Shown piece after piece: positions 47,401-59,789 of a stretch of 64,000 nt of DNA (position 1 is its first letter; each line of letters starts with the position of its first letter). The notes under the pieces are model-generated. The model ran no database searches. It was not told the origin of the DNA and saw only the letters and a list, made by a program, of their open reading frames with translations. A program made the position numbers and the translations under genes. Location of the stretch: positions 686,043-750,042 of the forward strand of contig JAAOMT010000570.1 of assembly GCA_016748015.1 (NCBI GenBank), given 5' to 3'. Source of the DNA: Geosiphon pyriformis uo1. Lineage: Eukaryota; Fungi; Glomeromycota.

Positions 47401-50021
47401 TTGAGTAGAATATAGGGGCATTGTTTTTGTGGTTCTGGTTTTGAATAGGGAACATTCTATTTGGTTGTCACTGGTTCTTTTGTTTCAAGAGAATCATTTG
47501 TTGAAAAGTACTGTTGTTCAGTTTTATCGGCCCAATTGAAGATTGATCCAAGTGCCATAAATGTTTCCATAATGGGCTTTTCTTCTTCTGGTTCGAATTT
47601 AAAAGCTGGGGCTTTTTCGGAGTGTTTGTTGAATGTACCACAAGTGGCAGGTATCCGGGCGTGTTGTCTTTGGTAGGAGATTGTTAACTCTTGTGTCTCC
47701 CAATTCAGATTAGCATTGGCTTTTTAAAGCCAATTATTTCTGACGAGAGCTTGGTACTGGGGTGCATCCATTACAAGAACTTTGACTGAAATGGTGATTC
47801 CATCAAGAGTGAATGGAAAATTGTCAATTTCTCCTACTGGAGTCTTTTTCATACTATCGGCAGTAATGATTACTGTTTGAGCTGGTCAGTTGACATTTCT
47901 CTTTAACTGTTGCATTAACTGGTAGGTGATGATGTTTCCAGCAGATCCACTGTCTAGGATCAAGCAAATTGCCTTTCTTTTGACTTCTGCTTCAGTGTAC
48001 ATAGCAGTGATTGCTTTTTGTTTGTTGGCGGCCGCATTGTTAAGCAGGAATAGTGACTCATTTGCTTCAAACTCAAAAGAAAATATGTCTGAAAGATTGG
48101 CATTTTCAGCAATTCTGGCTGGTGGGATTGTGGTAGGAATATAGGAAGGATTTTATTGTCATGCTGCAGCTCTACCTTTCAAGAGTGCAGTATGGTAAAA
48201 ATCCTGTTCTTCAGGTATTGTAAGATAGCTAGATTGAGTATGATAATGGGTAAGTTTTGGCTGAGCTGGATTTCGGAGAACTAATTGGTTATTCAAATTG
48301 ATTCTATTGTTGTTTATTTGGTATCGGTTTTGTGGTGTAAATTGATTTTGTGGGATTAATCTTCAAGCAGGCACTTGATAATGTTGTGTAGGTGGTTGTT
48401 GGTATTGCTGTTAAATTGGCTGTGAGACAGGCTGATAATAGTTACTTTGATATTGAGGTCTTGGTAGATAGTAAGCTGGTGGTGGTAGTTAATAATAAGA
48501 TTGCTATGGTAGAGGGTAATATTGATTACTCCTATTTTGTTGGTCTTGTTGTAGCTTTCTGCAATCTTTTTTCCAGTGGCCAGAAATTCCACAGTAATAG
48601 CAACTCTAAGGCTGGTTATTAGAGAGTGATGTAAAGTTGTTTTGATTCCATCTTTGGGGTTGTTGTTGTTGTTGGTTGGTAAAATAGTTTTCGACTTTCT
48701 TTGCGAGTTGGTCAATTTTCTCTTCAGCTGCTGAGCTGGTTTCTCCAATGGCTAAGTTCACGAGTTTTGTACAATTGGCTTCTTCCATGGCCATTTCATA
48801 TTTCTTTGCATGCTAAATGGCAGAGTTTAAATCCTCTGGGACATGTGGGTGAACCTTTTTAATTAGTTTATCTTTTAAACCAGTGATAAATTGATCCAAG
48901 GTTTAAGCATCGAAATAATAATCATTAGTTTCAAGTTGGTGAATTTGTCTGAGAAGTTTGTTGAATTTCTCAATATAAGTCATAACAGATTTAGAGGGTT
49001 CTTGTTTGATATTGTGAAAACAATTTTGAAGAGTAATTAAGATGTTGTTATTGGTGAATTGTTCTAAGAAGGCAGTTTTAAAAGCTGTTTAGTCATTAAA
49101 AGGGGTGGTCAAGTTTTCAAACCATTCGCCTGCTGTTTCTTTGAAAAAGTAGGGAATTGTTCTTAACATTCTGGCAGCATTCCATCCATTTGCATCTCCA
49201 GCTTTAGTAACTTGATCGAGCCATTCTTGAGGACTGGTCTCAATGTCTTCTCTATTGAATTCAGAAATTTTTGCAATGTATGCTGTCATTTCATCTTCTT
49301 TATTTTTACTGTCTATTGATTCTTCTTAAGATATTTCAGAGTTGTTTTTTTTGTTTGTTGCTGTCTCAGAGTGTTCACTTCAATTTTCAGCTAGAAAGTC
49401 AAGAAGATTGGAACTAGTTTGAAGGGGTTCTTGTTGTTTGGTGGGACTTCTGGGTAATGTAAAATCTTCTAGTCTTGCAAATCAATTTAAGGATAAATTA
49501 GGTGTTTGTGCTTGTGCAAGTGAAGCTGGAAAAGATGTGATAGTAAGTAGAAGTTTTGAACTGGTTCCTTGTTCAGGTGTTTGTAAGTATTTGGCAGTTG
49601 TTTTTGGTAGTATTGGGGTATTTGGGGTGGTTTTTGAGTATTGCTTCAATTTTTGTTTGCCTTTGTTGCTTGTTTCTGTTTTTGATTCAAAATCAATGGA
49701 GTATTGAGACTGCACTGGATATGTTTCTTTACAATACTTGATAATATTAAAATTTAGTTCTTGAAAGTAAGTGGCAAGTGTTTCATTGTTAAGGTTTTCA
49801 GTTTCCAACTGTGAATAGTGTACTAAATTATTGTAAAGGTTGCTTCTAACTTCTGAGATATTGTAATTTCCAAAAAGATAATTGTTGATGTGGTTTTCAA
49901 TGTATTGGTATACTGATTTCTTGACAACTTCAATTCCATCTGAAATGTTGAATCTTTGCTTGCAGTGAGTGTAAATTGATTGGTAATACTCTAGAGTTGT
50001 TGTGTCTGGTGTGGTTACCAC
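44426..50021 (-). pseudogene. A1 Gag-PR-Cys-rich-dUTPase-RT-RNase H polyprotein
   Basis: Track ORFs starting 50021, 49289, 48794, 47243, 46076 and 45443 share one frame. CYYCGISGHWKKDC at ~48600, LILDSGSAG at ~47960, RT YFDN, RNase H TDVS...VDCLSR, then TAG at 44428-44426. Confidence 0.9.
46250..46690 (-). pseudogene. dUTPase domain within A1 pol
   Basis: Motifs DAGYDL, (R)SSLASKG, GGIIDAGYTG, KIAQ, ERGT*GFGLTG. Confidence 0.9.
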
Positions 50022-50049
50022 TTTGAAGTTGTTTTTGCTGTGTTGTTTT

Positions 50050-50064
50050 CGTGGGAGAGCACCA
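50050..50064 (-). promoter_or_regulatory. Primer-binding site of A1
   Basis: TGGTGCTCTCCCACG, 2 nt downstream of the LTR ...GGTAACA; complementary to a tRNA 3' end (isotype not determined). Confidence 0.8.
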
Positions 50065-50266
50065 AATGTTACCAGAGGTTTTTGGTCTCTTCTTAGCTCT
50101 TGTATGTTGGTTGTAATGCTGTTAATTCATGACTATGAGAAGTGTTTGAACCTCTGATAACTGAATTTATCTTCAAATTATTTCCTATAATTTGAACTGC
50201 TGGGCTTATAAGTGGAATGGCCAATTCTGTGCCAGTTATTTTGTATAGTTACGTTGTAGTAAACGT

Positions 50267-51194
50267 TGTTACTCATAAAATATAGAAAGTATATTAGCAT
50301 ATAAATTAGCCAATCATAGGTAGACATAGTAAATGTGGAATTCCAAGATTCCTCTCAAAAGAATTGCAGGATTCCAGAAATTGCAGAATTTTCACACAAG
50401 GAATTACAGGATTCCAGAATTCCAGGATTCCTCTCAAAAGAATTGCAGAATTCCAGGAATTCCAGAATTCCTGACATGAAAAATTGAGGAATTGAGGAAT
50501 CTTAAATACATATATATAGCAGTAATATCAGAAGTTAGAAAATTAGTCAATGAGACTTAGAGTCAATTGATTCGTGGAGTCAATTAGACTTATAGAATTA
50601 ATTAGACTCGCAAAATCATAATTATTAAATACTCTTCCTTCAAAAAATAGAATACTATAACTTGAAGTGAAATCGCTCTCATATTAATGAAATTATCCAT
50701 TATCTTCAAATCCATGTTATTATCTACTACTTAACCTGCTGGCACAATAGCTCTTGATCACGGCTATTGACAAGACACTTATTTCTTATTTTATTTTCTT
50801 ATTTCTTTATTTTCTTTTATTTTCTTTATTTTATTTTCTTTTCTTTTGTTGTTCACTAAATTGATTAAAAGAATTAAGTGCTGAGTTATTGACGTCATGG
50901 ATAGCCTGGTAAAAGACCCAGAAATAAGGGTAGAATTATATATTATCGGATAGCTTACCAGAAGGGCACAACTGCCAGAATAAATCTGGCCACCAAGCTA
51001 AGAAAGAAATTGGGAAAACAACTTGAGAATACAACCACTATCAATCTTATTGAATCTCTGTTCATTATACAAAGGACTCAACCAAAACCTTCAGATAAAA
51101 ATACCTTCAGATATTACTAACAACATTATATCAATTGAGCACCAAGTTACGGGTTTGTTATTTGATTTGAGACCCCAAATAATCATCTGTAACA
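50267..51194 (+). repeat. Solo LTR, family B, inserted in the A1 5' LTR
   Basis: TGTTACTC...TGTAACA; TSD ACGT (50263-50266)/ATGT (51195-51198, CpG decay); the host LTR resumes seamlessly. Confidence 0.92.
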
Positions 51195-54100
51195 ATGTCA
51201 ACTCTTTTCCAGGAATTGCTCATCTGGAAGCTCACTAAAAATGTGTAGTTACTTTGCTGTGAAAGTTAACTCTTCTACAGGAATCTCATCTGTAGGCTAC
51301 CCTAATAATTGTAATAAGAAAAATAAAAGAAAAATAAAAGAAATGTAAAAGAAATAGAATTTTATCAAGGGAAACGTTTTTCTATCCAGGCCTGAAGTCA
51401 CTAACAGTTTTATTGAAATTAGTAGCTAATTAATTTCAAAACTGTTTTAGTAGGAATTGGTTAATTTCACAAGGGAAAATGATTAAGGATTTGATTTTTC
51501 GAATTATTTGATATTTATTTTGTTTTTTGTGTGTGTAAAGGATAATTCTAATTGTTAAATCTAAAGTAAGATACATTTTTTTGAAGAGAGAAGCTCTTCT
51601 TTTATACAACTTGTTGTAACACTATTCTATAAACTTGAACTTTGTTCTTTTCTACAATTTCATTGAACTAAGACTACATTTCAGCAAACTACAAGTTATT
51701 TCTGTAAACTATTAGATATTTCGGTGAACTATCAATTATTTTGGCAAATTTCTACAAATTTTGGCAAACTTTTTGAATGTTACATAATTCGGGATATTGC
51801 ATGATTGATCATTGCAATTAGGTTACATTTGTGTTATATACAAATTGGGTTATTAATTAAATGATAATTTCGGATATTTTGCTAATGTAATAAGTAATAA
51901 TTTGAAATGCTAATTAATAATAAGAATTATAAGGGTAATTTCATGCTAAACAATATCTCTAATTTTGTCTGGTAACATCAGCAACGGATTCTGCATCCGC
52001 TTTTTGAATTGTTTTTGCCTCTGGCCATTTAGTGAGATAGTCCATGGCTACTGCTATGTACCTGTTTCCTCTACTGGTGATTGTTAATGGTCTGACTAAA
52101 TCAATTTCAATATGGTTGAATGGTTGTTTCACTTTAATTGGTCTTAATGGTTTACTGGGTTTTGTACCTCCTCTTCATTGACAAGCATCACAATTTTGAA
52201 CATATTGGATGATGTCTGGATATATTGATGACCAATAGTATTTTTTTCTGGTTCTTTCCATGGTTGCTTCTTTGTGAAAGTGTCCTGCTGTTGGATTTGA
52301 GTGCATGTTGAATAATATTGTCTTTTTTTTTGGTTCTGTAATTACTCTAGTTGGTTGCTTTAGATCTTTTTTATTTTTCCGATAAAGTATATTTTGGTGA
52401 GTGATAAAATATTTTGATTGTTGTTTGATACTCTTTTGTTCCATTTGAGATAAATTCTCCTTGAACTGTTGAGTGTTTATATAATATTGCAGTTGTTGAT
52501 ATTTTTGTATGTTCATCTTTTTGTTATATTTTTCGTTGGTATTGTTCTGGTTTTGTTATATTTTTGGGTTGAAATGTTCTTAAATTTGTTTTATTCATGA
52601 CAAACTATCAGCATTTCCATTGTCTTTTCTCTTTTTATAATGTATAGTATAATTATATGGTGTGAGTGCTATTTTCTATCTTGACTGTCTTCCATCTCTA
52701 AATTCTTGTTTTTGAAGTGATGTTAGTCCTTTGTAATTTGTGTATACTTCAAACTTCTGGCTCAAGTATTCTTTCCATTTCATGACTGCCCAGTATATTG
52801 CTAAGTGTTTTTGTTCCAGTATTCCATAGTTTTTTTCGGCTGGTGTTAAACCTCTACTGACATATGCTACTAGATGTTCTCTGCTGTCTAGTCTTTTTTG
52901 AGATAGTACTACTCCCAATGCTTGACCAGATGCATCGGTGGTGATAATGAATGGTTTGCTGTGATCTGGATAGATCAGTACTGGAGCTTGAATAAGCTTT
53001 CTTTTCAGAATATCAAAAGCTTCTTGCTGACTTTCTGTCCATTCATATTTTGTATTCTTGGTTTGTAGTTAGTTGAGTGGCTGTGCTATCTTGGAAAAGT
53101 TCTTGATAAAACGTCAATAGTAGCTGGCGAATCCCAAGAATGATTTCAATTCTGTCATATTGGTCAGCACTAGAAAGTTCTTTACTATCTCTATTTTCTC
53201 TGGATCCATTTTGATGCCGTCTTTGCTGACTATGTATCCTAAGAATTTTAGTTCTGTCTTGCTGAAAAAACACTTTGTTGCATTTAACTTTAGTCCTGCT
53301 CTTCTTAGTCTTTCAAACACTTGTTGAAGATGATGAAGATGATCATCAAATGTTTTTGAGAATACATTGGTGTTGTCCAAGTATACAACTACTGATTTCC
53401 ACAATAAGCCAGTATAAACAATTTCTATTAACCATTGGAAAGTGGCTGGTGTATTGGTTAAGCCAAATGGCATTACTTCAAATTCAAAATTCCCTTCTTT
53501 AGTGGTAAATGCTGTCTTTTCTTTGTCAGTTGAATCCATGACTACTTGCCAGTAACCACTGTTCAGGTTTAATGTTGAAAACCATTTGTTTTCACTGAAA
53601 GCGTCAAATAATTTTTGGATTCGTGGAATGGGGTAACTATCTCCACGAGTTACTCTATTGAGTTTTTTATAATCTACACAAAAGCAGATTTTCCTATTTT
53701 TTTTCTGGACAAGTACCACTGGTGATAACCATGGGCTCATAGACGGCTGGATTAGCCCATTGTCAAGCATTTAATTGATCTCTTGATGAATGATTTCATG
53801 ACTGGCTGGTGGTATCCTGTATGCTTGCTGTTTGATTGGCATTGTATCTCTAGTCTTGATTTAATGTTGGATAATGTCAGTTCTGCCAAATTTGTTTTCG
53901 CTGGCAAAGATGTCATTGAAATTGTTGAGTAACCTCTTGAGCTGCATATGTTATAGTGGGTCCAGATTTCTCATGTTTATTTGTTCTAATTGTTTTGGTT
54001 GGAGCAAATAACATTTATTTCATCCATAGATTGTTTGTGATATGATGTCGACATATTCACAAAGTTGTGGAAAGTCTGGAATGGGGTTTGGGGTTTGGTC

Positions 54101-54399
54101 TTCTATTTCTGTGGTTAAATATCTGATAGTGGTTCCTCCTGGTATGTTGATGATATTGCCAGTGTTGTTGTAGATGGGAATTTTTATGCAGCTATAGCTT
54201 TTGGCTAGTATGTGGAGATTGATCAGTCCAATCTCTCCTGATTCATAAAGGTTTGCTTCAGCCTCAAAAATCTGTTCTTGCTCCTTTTCCTTCCTTTCTA
54301 TTGCTAGCATGTACTGGCTATATGGTAGAATAGAAATAGCTTGACTGGTTGAAATAATTTCTTCTTGGCCAACAATTTCTTCTTCTGCCATATTAACTG

Positions 54400-54850
54400 A
54401 TACATCTATTCTACCCATTGACCCAAATCCTTGTATCCCTCTTGCTGTTATTCTTAACTTTTCCCTATTTCCCACTGGTACTAACTGAGCTATCTTGACC
54501 AAAGATAAAAATATTGCCTATGCTATCTTTTTGTTTGACTCTATTATATAGGTCTTTTCTGAGTTATTTTGTAGCATGATAATGATATTTCCTACATATC
54601 CTGCATCAATTATTCCTCCTCTTATATTAATTCCTCTTTTTGCTAAACTACTCCAGAATGCTAGTTGAACCATTGTTGTTGCTGGAATTTCCAGCGCTAT
54701 TTTCAGATTGATGCAAGTGCATGAATGTGGTTCCAGTTTGATAGCATCTTTTCCTAGATATCTCAAGTCAAATTCAGCATTAGTATTATGTGCGCATTCT
54801 GACATAATACCTTTATTATTATCACTGAACCATTTCAGCTCTTGTTTTTT
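54400..54850 (-). pseudogene. dUTPase domain within B1 pol
   Basis: AEFDLRY, WSSLAKRG (decayed RSS), GGIIDAGYVG, KIA*(Q), RGIQGFGSMG. Confidence 0.9.
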
Positions 54851-57800
54851 GGTGAGATTAGAAAGTGCGATATATTGTTCATAATTTAAGTCGGAGTTTG
54901 AATCTGAGTTGATATCATTGTCATTGTTATTGCCATTTTGAACAGAGCTGGAACTGTTATTCTTATCATCATTATTGTCAGAGTTTGAATTGGGATTGAA
55001 CGGTAATTCCGACTCCAATGTGCATTTGCTGATTGGTTCTTCCTCTTCAGGAATTATGTAAATCATGCGTGGTGGTAGATTGTAAATGAGGTCACAATTG
55101 TCACAATATTTAAAGTCATTGGGAATTAAACAATGGCAACACAGTCTTGTATTCAACTGTACTAGCCATTGTTTTTGCTCCTCTCTAATGGGTGCCAAGT
55201 TTTGGTAGTGTTCATGGAACTCTTCTGGTTCTAAGAAATTTATGACTGGCTCTGCATCCCAGTCAAGTTCAATGGGTTCTGGTGGGTTGTTTTTAATTGT
55301 TCTGATTTCTTTTGGTAACACGCCTTCAATTTTGGTGATTACCATTCTCCATAATTCATCATTGTCATGTGGACAACTGTCCAATTACTGTACAGCTCTT
55401 TTCCAGGCAGCTTCTATTAGTGTCTCTTTCTTGACTTAGTCACTGATAAGGATTGTGTATTGGCAGGAAATATTACACATTCCTCCTCTTCCAGGAATGT
55501 TGTTCCATATTTCTTCATCAAGGAGAGTTTCTCTACAGGCTAAACATGGTGTATTATCCCATTTTCCCACTTGTTTTGGTCTTCCAAAGTGTTCAATGAG
55601 GCATGCGTGGCAATAGAACTTGGTTGCTGTCTGATATTCTTTGTTGTTGCCACAACATGCACTCATTGACAACAATTTCTTATCACAATCAACGCACACT
55701 AGTTTGGGTCAGCAATAGGTGAATTGTTGTGATATTGTGAGTTTGTTGGCAGTGGCTTTTTTTCTTTTACTTTTCCTTTCTCTTTGTTGCTTTCTTTCTC
55801 TTCCCAGCTTGGTGTTGGTTCTCTTTCATTGTTGTTGGTCCAAATTAGGTTGTTTGTTTCCCAGGTAAGTTTTTTTCTTTGCTTTCTCTTGGGATTGTCA
55901 TCCCACAATAGTATTGGTGTTAGCTTGTAGTGGTCTTTGTTGTTGGTCCAAGCATTAATAGTGGTTCTACTGGTAGGTTTTTTTCCTTGTCTCTCTTTTT
56001 CATTGTTATCGTCATCCCAGGCAAGTATTGGTGGCAGTTCATTGTGATCGACATCGGCCCACAATACTTGGTACGCCTCTTAAGTAGGCTTTAGTTGTTC
56101 CTCTTTGAGATCGATAAGCGGTGCTGATGTCATGACATTGTTAGGTTTAAAATGGCCACACATTGCCGGTACTTGTGTGTGCTGGCCATTTTGGCTGAAC
56201 TGGAGCTCCTGTATGGTCCAGTCAAGGATGGCATTGTTTTTAGACAACCAATCATTGCTCACTAGTGCTTGGTATTGGGTTGCCTCCATTACCAAGACTT
56301 TGATGGGAGTAATGATGCTATTAACTTCAATTGGGAAGTTGTCAATTTCACCAATAGGCATTTTCGTGGCACCATTGGCAGTAATGATTCTAGCACTGGC
56401 AGTTCAATCAACTTGGTGACCTAATTGATCCATGAGTTGTCATGTGATGATGGTGCCTGCTGAACCACTGTTAAGAATTAACTTGATGAAGTGGCCATCA
56501 ACTTTCACATCAGTGTACATGACAGTGATGGGTTTTTCTTCCAGAGCTGCTCTACTGAATAAGGGGACTGATGTAACTTCCTCGAATTCAAATGGAAAGA
56601 TAACTGCTAACAATTTGTTATTGGTAACAATTACTGGTGGAATGTTGTTGGTAAGTATTGTTGGTTGTTGATCGAGTTCTGGGTTGTTGGAGGTGATGTC
56701 TTCTGGGATAACCAGGAGACTTAAATAGTTCTGGGAATTCAGGTTTTGGGTGGAACCAATACCCAAATCTCACTGATGAGATCCTGATTGTTGGCCTGAT
56801 GAACTGGAGATTGGTTGATAAATAACCATTGTTGATCTCCAGTTTTGGGTGATTCTGGATCTTGGGTTTCTTGACGTTATCATAACTGAGTTTTGATATG
56901 ACGTTTGAACTTGTTGGGGTTGATAAATTACTTAAAACTGTGACTGATAAATGACTTGTGACTGTGGTTGATAAATTGTTGGTGGCTGTGGCTGATAAAT
57001 TGGCAGTTGATATATTGTTGGCTAATAAATTGGTGGCTGCATCATAGGCAGGTAAGCGTTTTGATATTGTTCTTGATTGGATTGGTGATTTGGAGTCTGA
57101 AACTAGTGATTAGGGTTTCAATAATGGTTTCCCGATCATGGGTTGCTATAAGTATGGCAGTTGGTTCTAATATGCCCTTGTTTACTATAGTTGTAGCAGA
57201 CATGCGTTTTTGGCTGTCATGACTGATTAGTAGACAATCCTAGACATGATTGATTCTGGAAATGATTTGTGTTTCTTATATCATTACATTATTGGGGTGG
57301 CTGATAAATTGCATGATTGTTAGCTAAGTAGCTCTCTAATTTCTGATTGATGTTGTCACTAAATTGTTTTAGCTTGGAATCCAGGTCAAATGATCCATTC
57401 ATTACTAAATTCACAGCTTGGGCATGGTTAGCTTCTAACTTGGTGGCTTCAAAATCTCTGACATGAGTTACAGCAGTTGGGAGATCAACTGGATGCATTG
57501 GACATACTCGCTGGAGGATGCTACTGCACAATTCTCAGATAAATTGGTTCAAGATCTGTGGCACTGTAAAGTAGTCAGCTTGGATTGCCTGAATTTAGTG
57601 CAGATTTCTATGAAAGCATCCCAAGTAAGTAGTAACTGCTTCTGTGTCTCTTTGTTTGATGGTGGTGAAAGTACTTGCCAAGTGGTTGATGCTGTTGTTA
57701 TTACTAAAATACCTCAAAAATTCTAATTTAAAGGCATTAAAGTTTTGAGGTTTCTGGGCTAGACTGTAATACCAAGAGTCTGCCATGTCTTTAAGAAAAT

Positions 57801-58957
57801 AGGGAATGACTTGCATGGTTCTGGCATCATCCCAGTTATTGGTGGTGATTGCTTTGGCGACGTCATTGATCTAGACTTGAGCGTCGTTCTCTTTGCCAGT
57901 GAATTTCTTGAGTTTGGTTATTGATACATATGCCATTGGATCTAAGTTGGGTTGCAGTGGTTGTTGAAGTGGTACTAGTGGTTGTTGAATCTGCTGGTGT
58001 AGTTGTTGTGATGGCTGGCCAATCAGTTCAACTGGTGGTGGATTAATGATGATAACAGGAGATAAGTCCAGTTGATTAATTAGATTGGAGTTCTGATTGT
58101 TCTGATTTGGCAGTGGTTGAATATTCAGAGTTTTGATTTCCAGGTTTTCCAAATTTAAATTTTGTTGGGTTTGAAAATTCAGTGTTTCAACTTCCGGGTT
58201 TTCAGTGATTAGGTTCTGGTAAGTAAATTCTTGATCTTCTGATTCTTCTTCTTTTTCTTCTTCTTCAGATAGTTTCCATGGGGTAGTGGTTCTAAAGTCC
58301 AGTTAAGGTGGTGGTGATCGAATTCCTAAGGGCATTGGTGATTGCAATTTAAATTCTTCAAAGTATTCACCATATGGTTCTAATAATTCTGTTTTCTTTT
58401 AATTACTTTGAAATGGAAATTGTTCAAATGCTGATGTCACGTTTGATGTGGATGCGTCTGTTAATAAAATGTTGATGGCACTTCTGGGTGTATAGTGATA
58501 AGATGGATTGGTTGGTGATTCAACCCTTGTCTTCTTCCAAATAAATAGTTGTATTTTTTTGGGAGTTACTGCTGGTGTTTGTAGTTTTTTTTTGTCTTTA
58601 CTAGCATATGTAATCGGATATCTTTGTTGGGTGTGATGTTCAATTTCTTTGTTGATCTTAGTGATAATAGATGCAAAATTATGATTTGTTGGTAGGTTGG
58701 TGTTTTGAATTAATTCTCTGTAGAAAGTTTCCCTTGCTGATTTCATATTCACTGGTGTTCTTAACAAAGAAGAAATTTTTTTATTAATGTAGAAATTAAA
58801 GACTGATTTGGCGGATATATGATTGGGATTTAATCTCAAGTGTTGACAATAGTATTGAAATAAGAATTTCGCAAATCCTAAATGGTTTGCTCCAATATTT
58901 TCTGATTTTACCACTTTTGAATGGTGTTTGTTGGTATTGGTTTTCTGTAAGATTATA

Positions 58958-58974
58958 CCTCACAAGAAGCACCA
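58958..58974 (-). promoter_or_regulatory. Primer-binding site of B1, possibly elongator tRNA-Met-like
   Basis: Plus strand CCTCACAAGAAGCACCA resembles the 3' end of eukaryotic elongator tRNA-Met (...CCTCAC...GCACCA); isotype is an inference. Confidence 0.7.
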
Positions 58975-59789
58975 AATGTTACAGGTGTTTCTTTGGGGTG
59001 TTGAATGAATACTAAATCCATAACTTGGTGCTCAAAAGCTATTCGCATTGTGGATAATATTTTTAAGTGGTTGGTATCTGAAGGTTTTCCAATGAGTCTT
59101 TTGTATAATGGACAGAAATTCAATAGTTGTTTTATCCATAGCTTCCCAGACTTGCAAGTCTGTCAATTCTTTTCTTAGCTTGGTGGCCGGCAATTCTCTG
59201 GTAAGTAATTTGTATCTTCTGTATGTGTCTTACCCACTTGCAGAGGTCTTTTACCAGGCAATCTTTGACATCAGTAACCAGCACTTTGAATCAATTGGTT
59301 AGTGCATAATAACAAAATCAAAGAAACATAAAGAAAATAAAGAAATATAAGGAAATAAGCCAAGGCGATTTGCAAGTTAGTATCCCATCAATAGCTGTGA
59401 TTAAAAGCTATTGTTCCAGTGTAGTTAAGTATCAATTACTATTAACATAAAGGGTTGATAGTGAAGAATGGATTTGATATAGTGAATAATTATTTATTTG
59501 AGAATTGTGAGAACTAAGCTAAGAATTCTTGGTGTCCATTCTGTCTTTTCTGCCTTTAATGCTACTGTTATATATACATATCTGAGATTCCTCAATTTCT
59601 CAATTCTTTGTGACAGAAATCCTGGAATTCCTAGAATTCTGCAATTCCTGATGAGAGAATCCTGAAATTTCTGGAATCCTGCAATTCCTCTAAGAGGAAT
59701 CTTAGAATTTCACATTTACTACGTCTACATCTGATTGGCTAATATCTACTGACTAATAATACTATATTTCCTATATTCTATGAGTAACA

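Larger units (their letters stand above)
41202..51977 (-). mobile_element. Full-length Ty3/gypsy-like element A1 (3' LTR 41202-42183; 5' LTR 50067-51977 containing a solo B LTR)
   Basis: Matching LTRs, PBS TGGTGCTCTCCC 2 nt after the 5' LTR, PPT at ~42186-42194, and all enzymatic domains recognisable. Confidence 0.93.
51978..59789 (-). mobile_element. Family B element B1 (5' LTR 58977-59789, PBS, gag-PR-Cys-rich-dUTPase-RT-RNase H, integrase N-terminus), 3'-truncated at A1
   Basis: PBS TGGTGCTTCTTGTGAGG; protease LILNSGSAG; RT 53114-53770; RNase H ends NADSLS*IKQI*; integrase ATG at 52516. Confidence 0.9.

Noticed and set aside
50050-50064. tRNA genes at the ...GCACCA sites
   Set aside because: Only 12-17 nt of tRNA 3'-end complement next to LTRs; these are PBSs with no cloverleaf.
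59190-59270. Hairpin-ribozyme-like ACCAGAGAA / AUUGCCUGGU in the B1 LTR
   Set aside because: Loop B residues are not conserved in other B LTRs and no loop A (N-GUC/AGAA) geometry was found; kept only as generic structure.
32292-59789. B1 and B2 as two halves of one element split by nested insertions
   Set aside because: They overlap in RT, RNase H and integrase sequence, and their outer flanks differ (CCAC vs TCAT).
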